Shown here one piece after another: positions 1 through 8,297 of a stretch of DNA of 64,000 nt (its first letter is position 1; each line of letters starts with the position of its first letter). The stretch lies in assembly GCA_965207225.1 (NCBI GenBank), contig CBDBLV010000003.1, positions 160,001 through 224,000 of the forward strand. Reading direction: 5' to 3'. Source of the stretch: Dehalococcoidia bacterium. Lineage in GTDB: Bacteria; Chloroflexota; Dehalococcoidia; Plut-88900. The notes under the pieces are model-generated. The model saw nothing but the letters and a program-made list of their open reading frames with translations. It was not told the DNA's origin and did not search any database. The position numbers and the translations under genes are program-made.

Positions 1-81
1 CTCAGTATCAGATAATGCTACCTTGTTTTCCAAAGTCATCTTCTTGGTTTCTAGTAGCTCTAGACGGTCATTCATATCCAT
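1..81 (-). CDS. Partial CDS (N-terminus only, runs off the window), AT-rich, directly downstream of the MTase-HNH gene
   Basis: ATG at 81 with AAGGAG SD at 87-92; open frame MDMNDRLELLETKKMTLENKVALSDTE to the window edge. Confidence 0.55.
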   Translation of the reverse strand, partial: MDMNDRLELLETKKMTLENKVALSDTE

Positions 82-96
82 GATTTCTCCTTATTC

Positions 97-1479
97 CTAG
101 CCCCCCAACCTCGCCACCAGATAAGCCATATCCCGATCCCCCTTGATCCGGTTGCAATTCGGGCACAATAGCTGCAGATTGTCCGGGTGGTCCGACCCCC
201 CACGACTCCTCGGCACCACGTGGTCCACCTCCATGATCCTGAACAGAAACTCCACCTTGCACCCCGCACACCTCCCCTCCTGCCGACCAAACAGCACGTG
301 CTTCTGCTTCCGATACGGTATCGGCGCATCGATATCCGTCCGACGCGGGATGTCCGTCCGGGCCGTCACCAGCCGTTCATGGAACAGGTCTCCCATGAAC
401 TCCCGCAGCCGCATGTTCACCAATTCGACAGCCTTCTCTGAGATATCGATCCCCACCCACTTCCTCCCCAGCTTCTCCGCCGCTACGCAAGCCGTCGCAC
501 ACCCGCAAAACGGGTCCAGCACCACATCCCCCTCATTCGACGATGCTGAGATGATACGCTCCAACAGGGCGAGCGGCTTCTGGGTAGGGTAGCCTGTTCG
601 CTCTTTTGCGTGGGGTTGGACAGGCCTTATATCTGTCCACTGATCTTGTAGAGGGACTCCGGGCATTTCATCGAGATACCGTTTGTATTGAGGCACAGCA
701 CCTGGTTTAGTTTGGACTATGCGGCCCTCCTTAATGAGTTGTGCCATCCGTTCTTCACTGTATCGCCAATATCTGGTAACTCCCATTACCTCATATATGG
801 GGTTGCCCTTTGCGGCCCCACCTGGCCCCGTTAAATCCCCTAACCGATATCTTCTGCCAGTTTCAGGCTCTACGTGACGATAGAAACGGTCTACATAGTC
901 CTCGTCGTATTCGGTATAGAGTGGGTTCCACGTCCAGTTATTGCCATTAGAGTAGAAGAGCAGCGAGTCGCGTATGCGTCCGTGTTGTCGTCGGCCTTGC
1001 TTGGTGTCACTGTGGGCACTACTCCGTTTCCAAGATATGTCACTCAGGAAGTTCCTCATCCCAAATATCGAATCCATCAACAACTTCAGGTAGTGCCCCG
1101 CTGTAGGGTCGCAGTGCAGGTATATCGACCCCGTACCTTTCAACACCCGGCGCATCTCCAGCAGCCGCACCGCCATCATGCACAGGTAGGACTGCATCCC
1201 CTTTCCGTGCGTCAGCCTCGCCGTCTCTATCACCTTGTACATCGCCGGCTGCTCATCCGCTATCAGCCCCATCCACGCCGTGTCCAGGTCCGACAGCGTC
1301 CACGTGTCCTTGAACGCCGCCCCCGCCGCCCGCGACCCGACCGGCGCAGCATAGTTCCGGTTCGAATTGAACGGCGGATCGAGATATATCAAATCCACCG
1401 ACTCGGAGTTCAACCCCCTCAAAATATCGAGGTTGTCCCCCGTCCAGATCGTCTTGTCCACAAAATTCGCTTCAGCCAT
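97..1479 (-). CDS. Beta-class N6-adenine/N4-cytosine DNA methyltransferase fused to a C-terminal HNH endonuclease domain
   Basis: Motif IV DLIYLDPPF near the N-terminus; YPTQKP and motif I VLDPFCGCAT; C-terminal CAGC...EVDHVVPRSRGGSDHPDNLQLLCPNCNRIKG. Confidence 0.9.
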   Translation of the reverse strand: MAEANFVDKTIWTGDNLDILRGLNSESVDLIYLDPPFNSNRNYAAPVGSRAAGAAFKDTWTLSDLDTAWMGLIADEQPAMYKVIETARLTHGKGMQSYLCMMAVRLLEMRRVLKGTGSIYLHCDPTAGHYLKLLMDSIFGMRNFLSDISWKRSSAHSDTKQGRRQHGRIRDSLLFYSNGNNWTWNPLYTEYDEDYVDRFYRHVEPETGRRYRLGDLTGPGGAAKGNPIYEVMGVTRYWRYSEERMAQLIKEGRIVQTKPGAVPQYKRYLDEMPGVPLQDQWTDIRPVQPHAKERTGYPTQKPLALLERIISASSNEGDVVLDPFCGCATACVAAEKLGRKWVGIDISEKAVELVNMRLREFMGDLFHERLVTARTDIPRRTDIDAPIPYRKQKHVLFGRQEGRCAGCKVEFLFRIMEVDHVVPRSRGGSDHPDNLQLLCPNCNRIKGDRDMAYLVARLGG

Positions 1480-1641
1480 GCCGTCCAGTTTACTGAAACA
1501 AGGCTATACCCTCAAAGCCCCTACCTCCCATCTTCCCCACCCCCGACCTGGAATCCATCCCTCCCTTCAAGAAATCAAAGTAATCCCTTAATCCCATAAA
1601 TCACAGTTCAGACATTCCCCAAAAAAGCCGCACATTTGCTC

Positions 1642-1670
1642 TTGACACACCTGTCCGATCGTACTATCAT
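1642..1670 (+). promoter_or_regulatory. Sigma70-type promoter with no recognisable downstream gene
   Basis: TTGACA-17 nt-TATCAT; AAGGAGG at ~1707-1713 is not followed by a start codon. Confidence 0.5.
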
Positions 1671-2297
1671 ATCCTGCGTTCGATCGAACACTAACTCACA
1701 TCATCAAAGGAGGAACCAAAAACCCAGGGAAGCCCCGAGACCCGACCGAGGACTCAACGCCCTAGCCCATCCCAAGACCTCTCCCCTCTCTTGCAGGGGC
1801 GACCGGCCAATCGCCCCCCTCGCGAGACAGGCAGGTTGCGGCACAAGCGAACAGCGCCATCTCCTCACCACAGGCCCCGTGCCCCTTCCCTGACACCCAG
1901 GCGATGGAAAGACGTTCTGGCCTAAGCTGTTCCCGTTAGGCCTAACCCCGCATTAGCGGGCCCAGGCCTTGCCCCAGGCGCGTTGGTGGCGCGCCAAGTG
2001 GGCCGGCGCCGATATGGCGTCCGGCGGCAGTAACCTTTCGTTCCTGCTCACCACAGGAGCAGGTATGGCCGTGACCCAATTAAACACGGCTGATAGCATT
2101 TCATTCCTTCGGCCCCTGGGCCGGTGCGCCTCCCCTGGGCGCATGTCTAAAATCTGCCCGAATGGGAACAGGGGCACAGCCTCCGGCCAGCGTCTTCCAT
2201 CGCCGACCCAGAACCCAGTAGCCAGAACAAAATGAATACCCAACCCCCACAAACCAACAACCCAAAATCCCTCACCACCATTCCCGCTCTTTATATC

Positions 2298-2437
2298 GTC
2301 ATTCCCGAGGAAAGCCTGCCCCCGAGAAGTCGGGGGGGAATCCATCCCTCCGAAACAATCACCCACAACCCCGCAGTTCACCCCATCCCCTCCCTTCCTT
2401 ATCCGTCATTCCGGCCCCCGAGCCGGAATCCATCCCC
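2298..2437. repeat. Two REP-like palindromes of family A (GTCATTCC...GGAATCC)
   Basis: gtcattcccg...gggaatccatccc at 2298-2348 and gtcattccgg...ccggaatccatcccc at 2405-2437; same family recurs at 7166, 7288, 7996, 8219, 43708, 45180, 56644. Confidence 0.8.
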
Positions 2438-2520
2438 GGTGCATGGGGTGAGGGTTCCGCCCTCCCGTTCCTTAAACAATCAAAGCCGTGCCTGAAACTG
2501 CAAAACAATCAAAGACCCGC

Positions 2521-2625
2521 CACGCGAAATCCCCAGAAATCCCTTCAGGCGTCATTCAATCAAAACAGCTACGAGTTCAATCAATGTTCAATCAAACTCA
2601 ATCATATTCAATCCACCTTCAATCA
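2521..2625 (+). repeat. Dispersed element with phased TTCAATCA units, copy 1
   Basis: Near-identical inverted copy at 6873-6958; units start at 2555, 2576, 2587, 2597, 2607, 2618. Confidence 0.85.
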
Positions 2626-2661
2626 TCTTTCCCGGTGGCAGGTCGGGCCCGTTCCCTCACG

Positions 2662-2691
2662 TTGACACCCGACACGGCGGAGCGATAGCAT
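2662..2691 (+). promoter_or_regulatory. Putative promoter of the DUF35/thiolase operon
   Basis: TTGACA-18 nt-TAGCAT upstream of GGAGG SD. Confidence 0.45.
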
Positions 2692-2726
2692 AGGCTCCTA
2701 CTCGATCCCCACCCACACCCACGGAG

Positions 2727-3143
2727 GTGGCCCCATTGGCGGATACTAATCGACCCCTGCCCACACCTACCCCCGAGACCAAGCCCTACTGGGACGCCCT
2801 CAGGGAGCACAAGCTCCTCATCCAGCGCTGCAAGGACTGCGACAAGGCCTATTTCTACCCTCGTCCCTTCTGCCCCACCTACCTCTGCAAGGACGTCGAG
2901 TGGTTCGAGGCCAGCGGTAAGGGCACCCTTTACTCCTTCGTCATCAACCACAGGCCGGCCCCTGGCTTCGGCCCCGACCCCTACGTCATCGCCGTCGTCG
3001 AGCTTGAAGAGGGCCCCAGGATGATGACCAACCTGGTAGGCATCGATCCCGACCCCGACAAGATCCACTGCGACATGCCCGTCGTGATCGAATACCTGGA
3101 CGTCACCGACGAGGTGACCCTCCCCCAGTTCCGGCCCGCATGA
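2727..3143 (+). CDS. DUF35 Zn-ribbon/OB-fold protein (ChsH2-like acyl-CoA binding partner)
   Basis: PTPETKPYW, CKDC...CPTYLC, ASGKGTLYSF, VELEEGPRMMTN; adjacent to a thiolase-fold gene. Confidence 0.9.
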   Translation: MAPLADTNRPLPTPTPETKPYWDALREHKLLIQRCKDCDKAYFYPRPFCPTYLCKDVEWFEASGKGTLYSFVINHRPAPGFGPDPYVIAVVELEEGPRMMTNLVGIDPDPDKIHCDMPVVIEYLDVTDEVTLPQFRPA

Positions 3144-3170
3144 GCCCATTGACGCAACAAGGAGACTGAC

Positions 3171-4340
3171 ATGGCCCCGAAAGATTTACGCGGAAAGATC
3201 GCCATAGTCGGAGCTTCAGAGTCCGACGAGATGGGCAAGCTCCCCGATAAGTCCGTCCTCACCCTCCACTCCGAGGCCATCCGCAACGCCCTCGACGATG
3301 CCGGCCTCTCCCCCTCCGATGTCGACGGCCTCTTCGTCGCCGGCGGCTCCACCGAGACCTCCGTCAACGACCTGGTCGAATACCTGGGCATCGTGCCCCG
3401 GTACGTGGACAGCACGATAGTCGGGGGGTGCTCCTTCATCATGCATGTGGAGCACGCCATGCTGGCCCTGTCTGCGGGTGTAATCAACACCGCCGTCATA
3501 AGCCACGGCGAGAGCGGCCGGTCGAGGGTCGGGCTGCCCGGCTTCGCCGATGAGAGCGCAACCCACAACGGCCAGTTCGAAGACCCCTTCGGCACCTTCG
3601 GCCCAACCACCACCTTCTCGATTCCCGTGACCCGGCACATGCACAAGTACGGCACAACCCGGGAGCAGCTGGCCGAGGTGTCGGTGGCGACCCGGAAGTG
3701 GGCGATGATGCACCCCATGGCCCGCATGAAAGACCCCATCACCATCCAGGACGTGATGGAGGCCCGAATGATCTGCTGGCCCTTCACCCTCCTGATGTGC
3801 TGCCTCGTCACCGACGCCGGGGGCTCCATCGTCCTCACTACCGCCGACCGGGCCAAGGACCTGAAGCACAGGCCGGTCTATGTGCTCGGCACCGGCGAGG
3901 CCGTCTCCCACGAGCGGGTAAGCAGCATGAGGGACATGACCACATCCGACTGTGCCCGGAAGTCGGGGCAGGCGGCGTTCGAGATGGCCGGCGTGAAGCA
4001 CTCGGACATCGACGTGGCGGAGCTCTACGACGCCTTCTCCTTCACCCCGATGCTGGCGCTGGAGGACCTGGGGTTTGTCGGGCCTGGGGAGAGCGGGCCC
4101 TTCGTTGAGGGGCAAAGGACCGCGCCCGGCGGCGAGTTTCCGATGAACACCAACGGCGGAGGCTTGTCCTACACGCACTCGGGGATGTACGGGATGTTCA
4201 CGCTGATCGAGCTCACCCGACAGCTCCGCGGCGACCAGGGCGAGCGCCAGGTCAAGGACGCCAAGATCGGCATAGCCCACGGGCCGGGCGGCATGTTCGC
4301 CGCCGCCAGCACCCTCATCGCCGGCAACGAAATCCCGTAA
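3171..4340 (+). CDS. SCP2/Ltp2-type thiolase-fold protein (thiolase or retro-aldolase)
   Basis: AIVGA N-terminus, MCCLVTDAGG, AELYDAFS, NTNGGGLSYTH; SD AAGGAG. Confidence 0.88.
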   Translation: MAPKDLRGKIAIVGASESDEMGKLPDKSVLTLHSEAIRNALDDAGLSPSDVDGLFVAGGSTETSVNDLVEYLGIVPRYVDSTIVGGCSFIMHVEHAMLALSAGVINTAVISHGESGRSRVGLPGFADESATHNGQFEDPFGTFGPTTTFSIPVTRHMHKYGTTREQLAEVSVATRKWAMMHPMARMKDPITIQDVMEARMICWPFTLLMCCLVTDAGGSIVLTTADRAKDLKHRPVYVLGTGEAVSHERVSSMRDMTTSDCARKSGQAAFEMAGVKHSDIDVAELYDAFSFTPMLALEDLGFVGPGESGPFVEGQRTAPGGEFPMNTNGGGLSYTHSGMYGMFTLIELTRQLRGDQGERQVKDAKIGIAHGPGGMFAAASTLIAGNEIP

Positions 4341-4352
4341 CGGAGGTTCTGC

Positions 4353-5096
4353 CTAAGGCGGCGTGACCAGGGCTATCACGCGCTCCCCAATCGGCTGGAC
4401 GGGCCGGTTGTTGGGCCCTCCAGTCAGGCCGAGCAAGGCATCCATCTGAGCTTTGGATACAGTCATCGACTGGCGTAGGACATACCAGTCCACGGGCTCA
4501 TCGCAGGGCGGGGTGGTTTTGGAGCCATCGTAGCGGTAGTAGGAGAGGTCTGGGGGTAGGGTGGCGAGGAGGGGAATGCGAGCATCCGAAGACTCACCCA
4601 GGGGTGGAGCAGCGTCGAGAATTGACTGCGCTACCGGATTAGCGTCTCCAAGCTCGAACAGCACGCCCACCACTGCAAGGTTCTCTGAGGAGTCGGCGTG
4701 GACTAGGTGAAGCTCGGCGGCGAAGCTCCGGCCATCAACGAGGTGCTCCGACGGCGAGTGGAAGTGGGCCGACTCCAGGTGAAAGTTCCTCCCCCGGAGC
4801 TCCGACACATTCCCTGGCCCGAATTCAGCCCTCACCTGCCTGCCGTCATTGTGGAGCGTGGCGTCCGCCTCTCTGAAGGCAAACGAGATAGCCTCAAGCT
4901 CCCCCGACTCATAGCCCGTGATGTCGATGGGGGACTGCTGCTTGCCGTTGGCGCAGGCGGAGAAGTCGGGGGAGAGGGAGGCCCAGTTCTCGGGGCCCCC
5001 AGGGCCTGAGTAGGCCCAGTCAACGAGGGTGTCTTGACTGCAAGCTGCCACGATAGCCTATAGCGAAACTACCAGGGCGACTGAGCATTTGGGCAT
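4353..5096 (-). CDS. Alpha-carbonic anhydrase with an in-frame TAG (5058-5060) in its lipoprotein signal; intact ORF from GTG 5051
   Basis: QSPIDI, HFHSPSEH, ELHLVH, GSKTTPPC, NNRPVQP; upstream in-frame MPKCSVALVVSL*AIVAAC. Confidence 0.85.
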
Positions 5097-5172
5097 GCCA
5101 GTGGGCACTCTATAATGCCGACCCGAAGCCGACACACTAGAGCGCCCACCGTATAAAGCCCTGCGTGATCGC

Positions 5173-5583
5173 CTAGCAGGGGTACATGGTCCTGGGATCG
5201 TCGACGAAGGCGTGGTCCTCGTGGCCTTCGGGGGTGGCGGTCAGGACGGTGACACCCTTCTCGGAGCGGAGCCTGTGCCACGTGCCCTGGGGCATAACGA
5301 ACAGGTCGCCAGGGCCGAAGTGGACGGTCTGATTCTCTCCGTTGACCAGCATGGTGATGTCAACTTCGCCGGAGACTACATGGACGATCTCGTCACCCTG
5401 GGAGTGACGCTCCCATCCGGCGTCGCCGTCGAAGGTGCCGAGATTGATGGCCGCATGGCGGAAGTCGCCGCGGCCGAGGATTTCGAAGCCTGCGACTACC
5501 ACGTCTTCAGGGGTGTCGGGGCCCCGGTCGGCTATGGGGGTCAGGTTCTCTATGGCCTTGTGTACGTTGTGAATCTCTACCAT
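5173..5583 (-). CDS. Cupin domain protein
   Basis: WERHSQGDEIVHVVSGE and GDLFVMPQGTWH cupin motifs. Confidence 0.85.
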   Translation of the reverse strand: MVEIHNVHKAIENLTPIADRGPDTPEDVVVAGFEILGRGDFRHAAINLGTFDGDAGWERHSQGDEIVHVVSGEVDITMLVNGENQTVHFGPGDLFVMPQGTWHRLRSEKGVTVLTATPEGHEDHAFVDDPRTMYPC

Positions 5584-5657
5584 CTTTCGGTCCTTTCCGT
5601 TGTGCTTCTGTACCCGAGTTCACCGGTTACGAACATTATAAATGCAATCTATTGCTG

Positions 5658-5673
5658 TTGCAAGTACTTGCAA
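5658..5673. promoter_or_regulatory. Perfect 16-bp palindrome, candidate operator upstream of cupin/carbonic anhydrase
   Basis: TTGCAAGTACTTGCAA in an AT-rich intergenic region. Confidence 0.4.
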
Positions 5674-5708
5674 TAAGGCTTTTCCTGCCCTGCTTTACTC
5701 TTTGATTG

Positions 5709-6818
5709 TTAAAGGCCGTATAGCTCCACAGCCGTGTCGCCGAGGACTTTCCAGCGGTCTTCCTGGGAGAGGGGTTCGAGGATGTCGGTGAGAAGCCGGA
5801 CGGGTTCGGCGACGGAGTCGGTGTGGGGGTAGTCGGCGGCCCACATGAACTTGTCTACGCCGATGAAGTCCATGGTCTCGGGGACCATCTCTTCGCTGGG
5901 TTCGAAGGAGATCCAGCACTGGCGCTTGAAGTACTCGGTGGGTTTCATGGACAGCGAGGTCGCGTAGGTGAATATCTCGGTGTACTCGTCCATCCGGTCC
6001 AGCCAGTAGGGGAGCCACCCCGACCCCGCCTCCAGCACCACCAGCCGGAAGTCCGGGAACCTTTCGAAAACCGCTCCCTGGAACAGGGTGGTCAGCCCGA
6101 TAATCACCTCCAGCCCGAGGGTCACAAAGCCCCACCAGGCGATGTTGGGGCTGGTGTCGGGATACATGTCATAGCCGAGGTGCCGGGGGTATCCCATGAC
6201 GTGGAGGGCAAGGGGCATACGGGCCTCCGACGCCCGGGCCCAAAGCAGATCGTAGTAGGGGTCGCCGTAGGGGATGCCATTGATGGGCCGGCCGCTGAGC
6301 ATCCCGCCCCGGGCCCCCAGCCCCGCCGCCCGCTCCAGTTCCGCCGCGCCTTCTTCGACATCGGATGCGACGACGTGGGCCACGGGGACCAGCCTGTCCG
6401 AGTGGGGCCGGCAGAGGTCTGTAATCCAGGTGTTGTAGGCCCGGGCGTGGGCGGCTGCGAGCTTATAGTCCTCGAACTCGGGCTCCCACTGGATGCCGAG
6501 GGTTGGGTAGAGGAGGGTGATGTCTATGCCTTCGTTGTCGAGGAGCTGGACGCGGTCGAGGCCGTTGGCTGCACCAAGGGACGAGGTCACCCGGTCCTCG
6601 AAGGCCTGGCCTCCGGGGAGCCGGGGGCTGCCCATCCAGCCGTTGCGGAGCATGAACTGTCGGGCGGGCTTGCCATCGACGATCATGACTTCGCGGCCGT
6701 TCTCGTCGGTTCCCCAGCGTATGGCCCGGTCCCTGAGCTCGGGCTCCAGGCCCTCATGCCAGATGGACATGGGCTCAAGAACATGGCTATCCGCGTCGAC
6801 GATGGGGTGCTGTTTCAT
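5709..6818 (-). CDS. Amidohydrolase family 2 protein
   Basis: Start MKQHPIVDADSHVLEP with GGAGGAG SD; LYPTLG, ALHV, LEAGSGW, WAADYPH. Confidence 0.9.
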   Translation of the reverse strand: MKQHPIVDADSHVLEPMSIWHEGLEPELRDRAIRWGTDENGREVMIVDGKPARQFMLRNGWMGSPRLPGGQAFEDRVTSSLGAANGLDRVQLLDNEGIDITLLYPTLGIQWEPEFEDYKLAAAHARAYNTWITDLCRPHSDRLVPVAHVVASDVEEGAAELERAAGLGARGGMLSGRPINGIPYGDPYYDLLWARASEARMPLALHVMGYPRHLGYDMYPDTSPNIAWWGFVTLGLEVIIGLTTLFQGAVFERFPDFRLVVLEAGSGWLPYWLDRMDEYTEIFTYATSLSMKPTEYFKRQCWISFEPSEEMVPETMDFIGVDKFMWAADYPHTDSVAEPVRLLTDILEPLSQEDRWKVLGDTAVELYGL

Positions 6819-6872
6819 GGTCGGGGACCTCCTCCCTAGGGAGGGATTATACATGGGGTGGCTGTGGGGATT

Positions 6873-6958
6873 TTGATTGAATGTTGATTGAACATTGATT
6901 GAACTCGTAGCTGGTTTGATTGAACGACGCCTAGAGGGGTTTCTGGGGATTTCGCGTG
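6873..6958 (-). repeat. Dispersed element with phased TTCAATCA units, copy 2
   Basis: Reverse complement aligns with 2521-2600 (cacgcgaaatccccagaaa...cagctacgagttcaatcaatgttcaatcaa). Confidence 0.85.
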
Positions 6959-7777
6959 TCACAGGGGGGAGGGCGACCCGCCGGTCGCCCCTACGGAGAG
7001 GGGATACCCCCAGCCCCACAGGGGAACCCTCTCCCCCTTGGTCCCCCTCTCCCTTAGGGCCTTTAAGGGAGAGGGGGAGAGAAAAACAGAGGGAGCCGTT
7101 GGCGCGCCTGCGCCAACGGCTCCCTCTAGTTTCATTACTGGGGAGAGGGAACAGGACACCACCCCAGATTCCTCGCAGGGCATCGGAATGACAGTGTGAG
7201 GGGCGTTGGTTGGTGGTTGCAGCACTGCGCCGTTCCGCTCTTGAGACCCTTCGACTACGCTCAGGGCGAGCGGAACCCCCACCCATAGGTTCCCGATCGG
7301 GGTCGGGAATGACGGGAAGGGGGTGTAGGCGATGGAAGGACCATGACCAGGGCGCAGGGGCCGGGGGGCCAAGCTGCGCCAGACCCGCAAGTCGGCAGGG
7401 CGAGAGGGAGTATCCCCTTGCGGCCTGTCCGTATGCGGGAAGCGCTCCATCATTCGGAGGGATGGGAGCGCAGACTCTTTACCGTCTCTGGGTGAATGGG
7501 AATCTCCGAGAGGAGAGACAGCGGAGTAGTCCCGGGGCGCGATGCCCTCGGGGGACCCGACAAAGTCGGGGTAGAGCCCCTCGCACATGGCGGGAGCTAG
7601 ACGCCCTGATGAGGGGGCGCAGCCGCGGGGTAGACCTGGAAGACAGGTGTGCCGCGGAGAGTCGATGGACCTTCCATCGCCTGGAGGAAAGGGTGAGGGG
7701 AGGAGGCGCGTGTCGTAGGCCGGGCGGTCGCGCAGCGCCCGGGTGCGACGTGAGTTGATCAGGCTGGTGCGGCTCAT
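6959..7777 (-). CDS. Orphan Pro/Ser/Arg-rich ORF (272 aa) reading through the REP mosaic; coding status uncertain
   Basis: AAGGAG SD at 7781-7786 and promoter at 7841-7869; no recognisable domain. Confidence 0.3.
   Translation of the reverse strand: MSRTSLINSRRTRALRDRPAYDTRLLPSPFPPGDGRSIDSPRHTCLPGLPRGCAPSSGRLAPAMCEGLYPDFVGSPEGIAPRDYSAVSPLGDSHSPRDGKESALPSLRMMERFPHTDRPQGDTPSRPADLRVWRSLAPRPLRPGHGPSIAYTPFPSFPTPIGNLWVGVPLALSVVEGSQERNGAVLQPPTNAPHTVIPMPCEESGVVSCSLSPVMKLEGAVGAGAPTAPSVFLSPSPLKALRERGTKGERVPLWGWGYPLSVGATGGSPSPL
6970..7314. repeat. Mosaic REP-like cluster (families C, D, A, B)
   Basis: agggcgacccgccggtcgcccctac (6970), ccctctccctta...taagggagaggg (7043-7078), gattcc...ggaatgaca (7166, 7288), cccttcgactacgctcagggcgagcgg (7247). 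Confidence 0.8.
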
Positions 7778-7840
7778 AAACTCCTTATTCCTTTCCTGTG
7801 TGATGGGCTCCGAGGTACGAGGTCGGTGGCCCTGGGGAGT

Positions 7841-7869
7841 AGTATAGCACGGGGGTTCAGGTAGAGCAA
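7841..7869 (-). promoter_or_regulatory. Extended -10 sigma70-type promoter
   Basis: TTGCTC-17 nt-TATACT with TGn immediately before the -10. Confidence 0.5.
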
Positions 7870-7884
7870 ATGTGCAGGTTTGGG

Positions 7885-8285
7885 GGGGATGCCCCTCAAC
7901 CCCACAGGGGAGCCCTCACTCCCTTGATCCCCTTCTCCTTTAAGGCCTATAAGGGAGAGGGGGAGGGAGGTAAAGGGCATGAGTGGGCAAATCCTAGATT
8001 CCTCGCGGGGCATCGGAATGACAGTGCAATGCGTGGGTTGGTAGAAGGCAGACGTGACAGGTTGGAGGGATGTGGGCCACCCCTCGCTCATACTTCGAGT
8101 AACCTCAGCATGAGCGGTCCCGCGCCGGGGAGGGCGACCACATAAGTTCATCCCTACAGTGGATTGTGACCCCGGCGGCCCCGCACCTGGGGAAGGGAAT
8201 CACCCACCCCACCACCCCGGGATTCCCGAGTAGTCGGGGATGACGAAGTGCAAAGGATGGATTCCGGGTCGGGAGCGGGATAACA
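7885..8285. repeat. Mosaic REP-like cluster (families D, A, B, partial C)
   Basis: 7885-7965 resembles 7001-7078; gattcctcgcggggcatcggaatgaca (7996); cgctcatacttcgag...ctcagcatgagcgg (8085); family A at 8219 and 8255. Confidence 0.8.
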
Positions 8286-8297
8286 GAGTAGGGAGGG

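Noticed and set aside
1953-2235. Short ORFs between the orphan promoter and the repeat cluster
   Set aside because: No recognisable domain or codon bias; cannot support a CDS call
5058-5060. Pyrrolysine or genome-wide stop recoding
   Set aside because: TAG terminates many genes normally in this window and no pyl genes are visible
6819-7286. N-terminal extension of the 525-aa amidohydrolase ORF
   Set aside because: Runs through repeats; the true start is ATG 6818 with a strong SD
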